Shown: one piece after another, positions 25,601-35,637 of the stretch
Position numbering within the stretch: position 1 is the first letter of the stretch
Layout: every line of letters starts with the position of its first letter
Source of the DNA: Lytechinus pictus
Taxonomy: Eukaryota
Length of the DNA stretch: 64,000 nucleotides
Direction: 5' to 3'
NCBI RefSeq assembly: GCF_037042905.1
Contig: NC_087263.1
Span: 11,472,001 to 11,536,000, forward strand
Program-made: the position numbers and the translations under genes
Notes under the pieces: model-generated
Told to the model about the DNA's origin: nothing
Databases searched by the model: none
What the model saw: only the letters and a program-made list of their open reading frames with translations

Positions 25601-28410
25601 TACGCAAGTAGTGCTGGTAAATTTCCAATTTCGATGTTAGTTGGTTATCGCCAGCAAAATATCGCCGATAACACATATTGCTAAGTCTGACAATTCATTA
25701 CATACATGTATGTCAATTGTGAGCTGCAATTCCATGAGAACAGGGAAGGGAAAAATGAAAGTACGGCTTGCATTGGTGCTTGTCCATGAAAAGCAGGCAT
25801 TTGGGCACCAACTTATGAAGTTCTGAGTTGGTTTAAGCAATACAGATCAAAATTTTGGTCAATAAAGGTGATTAACTTTTCATAACTTACATTATTTTAG
25901 TCCTTATTTTTGTGTTACCGCAATATATTAACATAATCATACTACTATCATTATTTTATGATGATACTGAAATTATCGCCCAGCACTTCTACATTTTTTA
26001 AAACATAATTAAAAGAAACTTATCTCTTTTAACATAAAGTCTACAACAGATCAGATTTTCTTTTTATGGGAAAACATGTAATAAACCTTTCGCAAAATAA
26101 ATTCAACAAGATAATTTTTTTATAAGACTTTGACGAAAAAGGTAATTTCTTGCTTACAATGGAAGTCACTTCCAACTGATTCAAAAAGTAGGCTCTAGAC
26201 CATATTGCACCCTGATATTTTCATTCATGTATCTTCCATTTGGAAAAAGGTCCAGGTGCCAAAATGCAAATTTTCAACTCTTCCCTGTATTCATTGTTCA
26301 TGAGTGGTAAGAGTCACAAATATAAGTTTCTACTGCTGTTCATATATTCATATCCATTTTACAAACGCACAATATTTGGAACAAACCTTTTTCTTTGGAC
26401 TCTGAAAGCTCATTGGCCAGCTTGAAAACCCATTCACATATCGTGTCACTAAGGAAATACATTGAATGGAAGGAAAAGAAAGGGCAAAAAGGGAAAATAA
26501 ATGAAAGCATTTGCAAGTAATTTAATTCTAAGTGAAATATGACGAGGGATGTTGATCATTGATGTGTAATATGCTCTCGTTCGTAGGACACCAGGTTTTG
26601 TTTAGCATTAGAAATTAATTGAAGCAACTTAAAAAACTTGAGATGCTATCCCTCAATAAGAGTGGATAAAAAAATGCTGACAACCAAGAAATAGGAACAA
26701 AATACTAACAATTTTTCACAAATAGCAACATTCCTTAATTTCCTATTAAATACAACAAAAAATTATTCACAGAAATAGGAACAGGTTTCAATTACCATTC
26801 CCCCCCCCAAAAAAAAATATATATATATTTGTATGAGAGTCGCTTCCAGTATTATTGCCTTTAGAACTTCCCTGAAAACTTTCTCTTTTTCCTCCTCAGT
26901 GATCCTCATTTTGTACTTTTATCTAGTTTTTAACAGAGCAGAATGAATGGCCCTGTATATCCATTTATTGTAGCCTGTAGGTACAATAGACTATGGTATT
27001 TTGGTTCATAACATTTCTGAAAACGATTGGAGGACTGATAAATTGTGTCATGGGAACACATCCAACAAAGTTTCAGTAAATATAAATTTCAGTTTGCTAC
27101 ATATTTCAAATGTAGTGTAATTCCTGAAGAGATTCAAGGATGGCCACATTCTGTCACTTGTCATTTGCCAAATTTGAGCCAATTTGATATACCTTATCAC
27201 GTACTGACATCCTCAAATTTAGGAATATACAGTACGCCTGGATCATCCCTGCAAAACCCTCAACCTCAAACCTTGTCATAGTATCTGCTCACATCCTCGA
27301 ATCCAGAAATGTATGCCTGCATCATCTCCTCAAAACCCTCAACCTCAAACCTTGTCATAGTATCTGCTCAAATCCAGGAATGTATGCCTGCATCATCTCC
27401 TCAGAACCCTCAACCTCAAACCTTGTCATTATATCTTATTACCTGCTCACACCCTCACATCCAGGAATATATGCCTGCACCATCTCTACAAAACCCTCAA
27501 CCTCAAACCTTGTCATATTATCTTATTACCTGCTCACATCCTCAAATCCAGGAATATATGCCTGCATCATCTCTACGAAACCCTCAACCTCAAATCCATC
27601 ATCACTATCAAGATCTTCGAGCACACCCAGCATGTAGGATAGGACAATGTCATCAATAAACCTAAGAGAGAGAGAGAGGGGGGAGGAGAAGGCATAATAA
27701 TAAAATGGTGTCAGGATCCAAAGGGGAAAAAATAAAGTGAAAACAAAAGAGAAAAAGAACATCAAAAAAGTCCCCTAGAATATTTAAGCCCTGTAACTCA
27801 GGGAAACCTCATAAAGCGTCTAAATATGGTAAGACAAATCCCCTAAATTGTGGTAATAAGACAGTATTCAAAATACAGTATGATTAGAATCAAATGCCAT
27901 CCTATGATGTCCACACACACTCAAAACATCATCATGACTCAATTCATAGGATTTCATGATTTAATAACGTCATAATTATGTCTGTGCATCCTTGGCAAAA
28001 TCCATGACATTTGTTCCGGCAAAAATTGCTCCACTCTAAATTCCACAATGACCGACTTCATCCCTAGATTTAACACTACCCTACCCTAAACCTAACCCTA
28101 ACATAAAACCCTATTGCAACGCAACCCTAACCATACATTTTTTAATGTTGGCAAAGTCAATAACACACTGTAGGATAATGAAGTATCCCCATCCCCCCCT
28201 GAATATTGAATTTGTACATTGTACAGCAGCCAATAGGAAAGGGCATAATTTCTCCCCCAACCCCCCCCCCCCCCTCCCTCGAAAGAGGGAACATGGAACC
28301 ATGAATCTATTCACTTACTCAAGTGAAGCTTCGGGAATATGACAGGTAACAAAGCCAGAGAGAGATGTCTTCACAAGATCAGATGCATCAGAAGCCGAGG
28401 CAGTAGCCAT
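16504..28410 (-). CDS. CUEDC2: CUE domain-containing protein 2, spliced gene: join(28410-28319,27661-27530,26448-26387,25587-25442,24913-24728,18638-18519,16650-16504), 294 aa
   Basis: All introns GT-AG with consistent phases; 885 nt ORF. Peptides [44 protein letters not shown] motif LLEMFP, and C-terminus [34 protein letters not shown] match the vertebrate CUEDC2 sequence as I recall it. Confidence 0.95.
17223..17972. mobile_element. piggyBac-like MITE
   Basis: TTAA TSD both sides; TIR CCCTAAATCTCCCGGGG / CCCCGGAGAATTAGGG; related copies near 11232-11580 and 12400-13120. Confidence 0.8.
18519..18638 (-). CDS. CUEDC2: CUEDC2 coding exon 6 (WRMKK...[25 protein letters not shown])
   Basis: TTTCAG acceptor, CAG|GTAGAG donor, 120 nt; ILQKY..HRP.APK motif. 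Confidence 0.92.
19113..24060 (-). mobile_element. Degenerate CR1/L2-group LINE in CUEDC2 intron 5: partial SGNH-esterase ORF1, APE endonuclease-RT ORF2
   Basis: ORF1 HIGSND..DGVH motifs (23654-24058); [55 protein letters not shown] (19466-20788); frameshifts near 23190 and 20880; (AAAT)n tail. Confidence 0.92.
21753..22689. mobile_element. Kolobok-like MITE inserted in LINE endonuclease domain
   Basis: TTAA TSD (21749-52, 22690-93); perfect 16-bp TIR GGACGTTCCACAGTTA. Confidence 0.9.
24086..24697. mobile_element. Harbinger-like MITE interrupted by a piggyBac-like MITE (24242-24651, TTAA TSD)
   Basis: Outer TIR GGTGTTTCACAAG..TAAGTG / CACTTA..CTTGTGAAATAC; inner TTAA-CCC...GGG-TTAA. Confidence 0.7.
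24728..24913 (-). CDS. CUEDC2: CUEDC2 coding exon 5, CUE domain ([36 protein letters not shown])
   Basis: TAG acceptor, GAG|GTGAGC donor, 186 nt; MFP motif of CUE domains. Confidence 0.92.
25121..25387. mobile_element. Short TTAA-flanked MITE
   Basis: TTAA|CTCTTTGCCCGC ... GCAGGTAAAGAG|TTAA. Confidence 0.55.
25442..25587 (-). CDS. CUEDC2: CUEDC2 coding exon 4 (variable linker [11 protein letters not shown]...PDKQE)
   Basis: TTTTCACTAG acceptor, GAG|GTGATT donor, open frame, phase 1-0. Confidence 0.8.
26387..26448 (-). CDS. CUEDC2: CUEDC2 coding exon 3 ([20 protein letters not shown])
   Basis: TTCCTTAG acceptor, G|GTTTGT donor, phases fit neighbours; resembles TIGDMMQKLSGQLS region of the vertebrate protein. 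Confidence 0.85.
27190..27595 (-). repeat. 71-87-bp tandem repeat built from the 3' half of CUEDC2 exon 2 plus its donor site (5 copies including the exon)
   Basis: Marker CCCTCAACCTCAAA at 27257, 27336, 27407, 27494, 27581. Confidence 0.9.
27530..27661 (-). CDS. CUEDC2: CUEDC2 coding exon 2 ([17 protein letters not shown]...YIPGFEDVS)
   Basis: Polypyrimidine tract plus TAG acceptor; donor AG|GTAATA; 132 nt, phase 2-2. Confidence 0.92.
28319..28410 (-). CDS. CUEDC2: CUEDC2 coding exon 1 ([30 protein letters not shown])
   Basis: ATG at 28410 in AAGATGG context; donor GA|GTAAGT; an in-frame upstream ATG also exists at 28518. Confidence 0.85.
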
Positions 28411-29474
28411 CTTGTATCCAAACTCAAGCTCAGAACAAACTACATGTACAGGTAATGTCGATGTGTTGATTCTTGAGAGTTCTGCCAATAGAATGTTTGA
28501 GAGAACAGTGATTGTCATCTAAAAACACATAATTCGATCAAGTTTGAGGCGGCTCAGCTCCTTAATGGAGTTGAGATAAAACCAAGGCTAATCAAGAGAC
28601 ACATGTCTACGAGACTGTCTCCAGTATGGAAGATGTCTCCAACAGGGGCCGCGGAACGGTTTTCAAAGTGGGGGGGGGGGGGCTGACCATGCAAAAAATC
28701 ACAATCATATGGTAATTTTTACGTTTTTGTACACGGGTTTTGAAAAAAAACAATGAAGTTGTATCCCATTTAGGGCCAGATCTAACTTTTAGAGATCTAG
28801 ATCTTTTAGAAGGAAAGTAAGTATAGAGTAAAAACTTAGTAGAAATCTCGGGGGTTAAAGTTTCAGGTGTTTTGGCGGTACACGCAGATGATTGGGAAGG
28901 AATTCCTGGCTTTGTGGAGAGTAAGCATACGTTAGTAGTAAATGAGTTTTACTCTCGAGAAGCCTCCTCTCGCACCCTCAACACGGCCCGGGAGGGTGCA
29001 AACCGTCGAGGCCTAGGCCCTAAGTCGCCCCCTGGCTAGCCTCTTGTCGAGGCCCTGGCGACTGCTTCCCGAGCAAGCAAGGGATTTCCTAATTCGCAAA
29101 GCGAATTAGACCTGGCGCGAGCCAGGGCCTCTTGACATCTGAGCTGAATTATATATTCATGAGGAACGTCTTCCTAATTAATATACACGAGTCATGATAT
29201 TACTGGTCACCTAGTAAACCAATGAAATGTCAAAGCTGTTTCGTCCGGGGTTCGGAATACTATAGTAGTCCACTATTCTGCAGGGGATTCATTTAATTGC
29301 GGGACACTAAAGGTGATATAACCAGCAAAAAAGTACAAGTAGTGGTACGGTACTACTACTGCTACTGGCCGTAACAGACCCATCACCGCCCGAAACTTCC
29401 TGGGAGATACTGGTCAGACTCGAGTCAAGGGGAAGCAACTTCACTCTAGCATTCCCTCACTGCACAGCGGAGAT

Positions 29475-29692
29475 CGATAATTGACGCATAGTGGAATCGC
29501 ATGAAATAATAATTACATTTTTTCCATATCCTGTGGGTATAGATTTACAAAAACATCTCGTCCTTTCAGTGCAGATTTAATTTCATCGACTTGCAAATAC
29601 TTAAATCGGTCAATATTCAGCATTACAGAGGCATATTCAATGCTCTTTGATATTTCGTCGTCACTCTTCGCCAAGAATCCACGGGTCGCCAT
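29475..29692 (-). pseudogene. Frameshifted N-terminal fragment of a RecQ-like SF2 helicase
   Basis: MATRG..FKYLQVDEIKSALKGRDVFVNL/PTGYGKNVI/FHAIPLC = Q-motif region and Walker A, with two frameshifts. Confidence 0.75.
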
Positions 29693-29733
29693 TCAAGATG
29701 AGCTCATGAATATTCAATGAGTTATGACGTCAT

Positions 29734-30358
29734 CCCGGGGGGCCACTTACATTGACGAGTGGATACCATGCGCGACCAAAAAAACACGTAAAAAGGATGT
29801 CTTTTCAAGATAGGGCACGTTACGTACGTAATTACTAACGTGATAAGGGTGTCAAAAACACAAAAATAATGAAAAAAGGGTATCTAATTTTGCTAGGAAA
29901 GCTACGTGTTTAGGGTCAAATTTGCGGGGATGATAAAACAAAATTAAAATGTTTTATAAAGGATATCCTTTTTGCCCCAACACTACGTGTTTAGAGTCCG
30001 ATTTGCAAGAGGTGTGACTGAAAGGTGGTGCCGTACTTAACCAAACGATGTGTAAAGCCTAAAGGTAAAACCGACGACCGACGGACCCGTACGGTACCAA
30101 TGGTACTACCATAACAATAAAATATCGCTGTACTTGTTTAGGGGTTCATTTCAAGGAATACTTGCCAAGAGTATCGTTTAGGCCTACTTTTGTTTCCAAT
30201 ACTTAATGTTAAGGGTAGGGTTTCACACACCTATACTTGTTAAGGGGTGCATTTTCAGAATATGGAAAATACGTGTTTAGAGTGCTTTTCGAGACCCCAT
30301 GGTCGCGCATGGTATCCACTCGTGAATGGAAGTGCCCCCCCCCCCCCCCCCCCCCGGG
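29734..30358. mobile_element. MITE with CCCGGG termini and 8-bp TSD GACGTCAT, nested in the AcademH element
   Basis: TIR CCCGGGGGG..CACTT.CATT.ACGAGTGGATACCATGCGCGACCA; TSD 29726-33 and 30359-66; second copy at 53255-53803. Confidence 0.88.
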
Positions 30359-31908
30359 GACGTCATAGACACACATACTGACATAGGCATAGCCATACTA
30401 GGCATAGTAGCGGCCCGCGATCTCATTGGATGATTTTCACCGACCAGTTCTTGGTCGGAATATTGGTAAAAACAATAAAAAACAAAAGAAAGTCGGTGAA
30501 TTTCGGCTCAGATGTCAAGAGGCCCTGTCTCGCGGCGCTCTGCTTCGCTATATCCCTTGCTTAGCCATGTTCGCTCGGAAAGCAGCCGACAGGGCCTTGA
30601 CAAGAGGCTACCCCCTGGCCGGTCCGTCCGTCACCGCTGGCGCTGCGCTGCTGCCTCTGCCATGTCTGCCTACCTCTCGGGGCCGGGGACTGGTCCAGAA
30701 TTTAAGCACTTTCTCACTCAGTCGATCCAAACAGCTCCAAAAATCACATGAGATCAGTCAAAATGAGTTCGATAGAAATCTGGATTCAATCTAAATTGGG
30801 AAAAGATGAGGAAATCAGATCTTAGATTCAAACCCCTTCGCTTCGAGCTCGGCGCGCGGCGCGAAAGTAACTGTTGTTTTTCTTTTTCCGACTTAATAAC
30901 TCAAAGAGAAAACAAAAAAAGAAATTTTATTTCATTCACTCGTGGGTGGATTCGGGCTTTTCAAAAGGAAATTGCGAAATACAGCATGATGAACCTGAAA
31001 AGTGAAAAAATATTTCTCAATACTTGTATTCAGAATTAATCAGAAACTGAAATTTTCCATTTTAATGTTGTAAATTATACTTGAAAGATTTCATTTTTGT
31101 AAGTTCACACCCCTTTTTTATAACCCTATCTTTTTTTTTCTTATTATGAATTATAAGAGGAAAATAAGAAAAGGAGAATAGCGGAGAAGAAGAAAAGAAG
31201 GATATGTAGGAGAAGAGAGTATATATAGTATTGGTAAATTCAAAGAAGTCAAATATATAAAAAAAAGGAAGTAGAAGGGAAACAAGAGAGGGCAGTTGTC
31301 TTAATTTGCGGATGGCCTGTACAATGATCGCCCACACTTTTCAAGATAGAATATTACTTTTGTATTTATCAAATGATTAATATATGAGTGAACTTAAATT
31401 GGCCTAATTTCTCATTCTAAAACGGCAAAATTTCTCGCCCAATTTCTGGCCCGCTCTCGATCTTACGACATGTCTTTATTGGCCTAAAAACTGTATAGTA
31501 TAGGCATACATGTAGGCCTGACCAGTACATGCAAGCTTTTGCATTGAGAGATCGACTTACGCCTTCATCTATAAACATAACTTGTGTACATTATATTCTT
31601 TATGAAAAATTGATTTGTATGACTTTATGATACAAAAATAAAAAAATATGTGAAAATTGTAATGTTTATATGAAATGAAAATTATATGAAATAAAACGAA
31701 TTCATATTGCCTTTGTAGCAAATGTTATCCGCTGCATCATGAAAGTATAATTAAGATGAGTCCTTTAATGAATTTACATGAGTCCAATTACGTTTAAATA
31801 TTTTGATTTTGATCATAAACCAATCAGAAAATCATTTGGCGTGGGGGTGGGTCATCCCGGCATCTTTGTGGACGAGGGGTGGTAATACCACATACTTCAA
31901 TTGAAATG

Positions 31909-34348
31909 TACAATGTGTAGCTGACGAATTGATAATAACAATTAAAAGAATTCAAACGATTGAATGCACATCATCTCTAAACTAAACTTATTCAAAAAAA
32001 AAATCTAAAATCTTTTCCTCTTCATTTGCACCAATGTGCTATTTCCACGTTCTGTGACTCAATTGTAGTCTGTGATGGCCTATAATTTTCATAAGGCATC
32101 TTTATTCCTGATAATCATTATCATAATCACATCTTTCTTCATTCTTATCTCACCTCTAACCAACCAGTTATTAAATGGGTTTTCGATGAAAAAAATATCA
32201 ATGGGTTGTCTGGTCTCGTATTGGACTCATGATCAGAAGGTTGTGAGTTCGAATCCCCGCTCGCCATTGTCTCCAATTTGATTTTTTTTTTTAAACGAGT
32301 GTAGTCGGCTACTCCGGTCTCCGGCCGCCTTAGACGTAAGATGTTCCCTATTAGTATGAATAGGCCTGGCACACCAGCTTGACATTATACCAGCACTCCT
32401 GCCGAGTTCCTACTGGAGTCACCATAACATAAACAGAAACTGTCTAATTCCTCATTTTGTTCGTTCTGATATATCAAATTTATATTCTGTTTCATTTTGT
32501 TCTGAAGACATATACAGTTACAATGTGTAGCTGACGAATTGATAATAACAATTAAAATAATTCAAACGATTGAATGCACATCATCTCTAAACTAAACTTA
32601 TTCAAAAAAAAAATCTAAAATCTTTTCCTCTTCATTTGCACCAATGTGCTATTTCCACGTTCTGTGACTCAATTGTAGTCTGTGATGGCCTATAATTTTC
32701 ATAAGGCATCTTTATTCCTGATAATCATTATCATAATCACATCTTTCTTCATTCTTATCTCACCTCTAACCAACCAGTTATTAAATGGGTTTTCGATGAA
32801 AAAAATATCAATGGGTTGTCTGGTCTCGTATTGGACTCATGATCAGAAGGTTGTGAGTTCGAATCCCCGCTCGCCATTGTCTCCAATTTGATTTTTTTTT
32901 TAAACGAGTGTAGTCGGCTACTCCGGTCTCCGGCCGCCTTAGACGTAAGATGTTCCCTATTAGTATGAATAGGCCTGGCACACCAGCTTGACATTATACC
33001 AGCACTCCTGCCGAGTTCCTACTGGAGTCACCATAACATAAACAGAAACTGTCTAATTCCTCATTTTGTTCGTTCTGATATATCAAATTTATATTCTGTT
33101 TCATTTTGTTCTGAAGACATATACAGTTACAATGTGTAGCTGACGAATTGATAATAACAATTAAAATAATTCAAACGATTGAATGCACATCATCTCTAAA
33201 CTAAACTTATTCAAAAAAAAAATCTAAAATCTTTTCCTCTTCATTTGCACCAATGTGCTATTTCCACGTTCTGTGACTCAATTGTAGTCTGTGATGGCCT
33301 ATAATTTTCATAAGGCATCTTTATTCCTGATAATCATTATCATAATCACATCTTTCTTCATTCTTATCTCACCTCTAACCAACCAGTTATTAAATGGGTT
33401 TTCGATGAAAAAAATATCAATGGGTTGTCTGGTCTCGTATTGGACTCATGATCAGAAGGTTGTGAGTTCGAATCCCCGCTCGCCATTGTCTCCAATTTGA
33501 TTTTTTTTTTAAACGAGTGTAGTCGGCTACTCCGGTCTCCGGCCGCCTTAGACGTAAGATGTTCCCTATTAGTATGAATAGGCCTGGCACACCAGCTTGA
33601 CATTATACCAGCACTCCTGCCGAGTTCCTACTGGAGTCACCATAACATAAACAGAAACTGTCTAATTCCTCATTTTGTTCGTTCTGATATATCAAATTTA
33701 TATTCTGTTTCATTTTGTTCTGAAGACATATACAGTTACAATGTGTAGCTGACGAATTGATAATAACAATTAAAATAATTCAAACGATTGAATGCACATC
33801 ATCTCTAAACTAAACTTATTCAAAAAAAAAATCTAAAATCTTTTCCTCTTCATTTGCACCAATGTGCTATTTCCACGTTCTGTGACTCAATTGTAGTCTG
33901 TGATGGCCTATAATTTTCATAAGGCATCTTTATTCCTGATAATCATTATCATAATCACATCTTTCTTCATTCTTATCTCACCTCTAACCAACCAGTTATT
34001 AAATGGGTTTTCGATGAAAAAAATATCAATGGGTTGTCTGGTCTCGTATTGGACTCATGATCAGAAGGTTGTGAGTTCGAATCCCCGCTCGCCATTGTCT
34101 CCAATTTGATTTTTTTTTTTAACGAGTGTAGTCGGCTACTCCGGTCTCCGGCCGCCTTAGACGTAAGATGTTCCCTATTAGTATGAATAGGCCTGGCACA
34201 CCAGCTTGACATTATACCAGCACTCCTGCCGAGTTCCTACTGGAGTCACCATAACATAAACAGAAACTGTCTAATTCCTCATTTTGTTCGTTCTGATATA
34301 TCAAATTTATATTCTGTTTCATTTTGTTCTGAAGACATATACAGTTAC
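31909..34348. repeat. Four near-identical tandem copies of a 609-610-bp unit
   Basis: Unit starts at 31909, 32519, 33128, 33737; differences limited to a few SNPs and homopolymer lengths. Confidence 0.97.
32200..32275 (+). mobile_element. tRNA(Met)-like SINE head within each 609-bp unit
   Basis: GGACTCATGATCAGAAGGTTGTGAGTTCGAATCCCC with B-box; A-box and acceptor stem degenerate. Confidence 0.55.
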
Positions 34349-35478
34349 CGATAAACAAGTGACCGTGTTCCTCCAGTATGTAAATTATCTGAAGCAATTA
34401 CTTTATCAAGGCTCACTCACTACGCTCACTCTCCGCAAGCTTTAAGTCTCTCTCATATAAATACCCCCTTGAACATGGTGAATGACGTTTTTGACACCAT
34501 TAATACTAAAAATTTGCTTGCTCGCTTCGCTCTCTCGTACAATAAAATGCACGGTCAGTCCTAGCTGTAACAATTAACATTCGGCCTACATGTGTGCTCT
34601 GTTCTCTGTTCTCTCCCTTTTTTGCGTTTGTGCCGATGAAAATCTACTTGGCATGAATATGAACTATTTATTCATTTTAAGCTACATCTTTACACACGTA
34701 CACAATCCATTACTATAATATGCCTTGTACATGTTGTATACTATCTAATCAATAAAGGCCCGAGGGGTTCCCATGTACCTCTTTGCTCAAGCATACGAGC
34801 CCTCTCATTCGCAATTCGGATAATAAAAGAGAAAGGCTATAAATCGTTTTATTTGACTTCATCGATTATCAGGGATACTCCTGATCTTTGCTGCAATTAA
34901 GCTCTGACCTCCTCTGACCGGTGTGCTTATAACTACATGTACATCCAAGAGCAGAAATTTGAATCGCGTTTATCAGTGACTTCATACCCCATCACTAATG
35001 TCTCATTAATTATAAGAGCCTATAGTCTATTGAATTGGAAATGAAATTCACTGTGCGCTTTTATACAAAATACTGCACAGTGTGTGTCCCCCCCCCCCCC
35101 GACCCCGACCCCCACCTCCGGAGTCTATTTATGTAAGTTACTCTGATCATGATTGTAAATGTATTGTTCGCTTTGCTGTCCTGGTTTTTTTTTTGCAATA
35201 TTTCAGACTTCTAAATACTAGGCGCCATTTAATGTCACAATCATCATCACTCTCCTTATGAACCTCCAAAATTTGCTGAGCAAAATTTCACCATTGCAAA
35301 TGTAAAATATGCTATTAGGAATGTTGCAGGACTTTGTGGCATCGTATTTCCATGGACCTACTGGCAAAGTCCATGGTATTTCAACGAGTATACAATCGTC
35401 AGCGTACCGCTTGATCAATCGCTTCCCGCCGCCACCGAGTTGTCAACAATTAAGTAAATATTTCGTTTTGCAGCCAAC

Positions 35479-35637
35479 ATGGAGGAATCTGTGCCTGTCG
35501 TCGACTTTTCAGCTTACAGTCTGGATCGTGAGAGTCCAGATCCCGAACATTTTCAGAAACTGATTGACGATGTCCACCAAGCTCTCACCACCATAGGTTT
35601 CATGTACTTGAAAAATTTCGGAATCCCAGCTGAAATG
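35479..35637 (+). CDS. Dioxygenase coding exon 1 (MEESVPVVDFSAY...GFMYLKNFGIPAEM)
   Basis: CCAACATGG Kozak context directly after a TTTTGCAG acceptor (implying an upstream non-coding exon); donor ATG|GTAAGA. Confidence 0.9.

Larger units (their letters stand above)
29037..30610. mobile_element. Non-autonomous AcademH-type DNA transposon
   Basis: TAG...CTA termini, ~110-bp imperfect TIR (TAGCCTCTTGTC(G/A)AGGCCCTG...CAGGGCCTCTTGACATCTGAGC), 9-bp TSD CCCCCTGGC, internal RecQ-helicase relic. Confidence 0.85.

Noticed and set aside
28076..28135. Telomere-like CCCTAA repeats
   Set aside because: Only a few degenerate units inside an interspersed repeat fragment.
30426..30794. 122-aa ORF as a gene
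   Set aside because: Non-ATG start; spans the AcademH right TIR and TSD; no recognisable domain.
31915..31960. Hammerhead ribozyme in the 609-bp unit (CTGACGA + small stem)
   Set aside because: The stem is followed by TAAA rather than GAAA, and stems I/III were not found.
32200..32275. tRNA-Met gene array
   Set aside because: B-box and CAT loop are present but acceptor and D stems do not close; better explained as a SINE head. A good tRNAscan-SE score would overturn this.
32072..34212. Four-copy 69-79-aa ORFs as a tandem gene family
   Set aside because: Starts are mostly non-ATG, the ORFs overlap a SINE head, and homopolymer changes alter the frame between copies.
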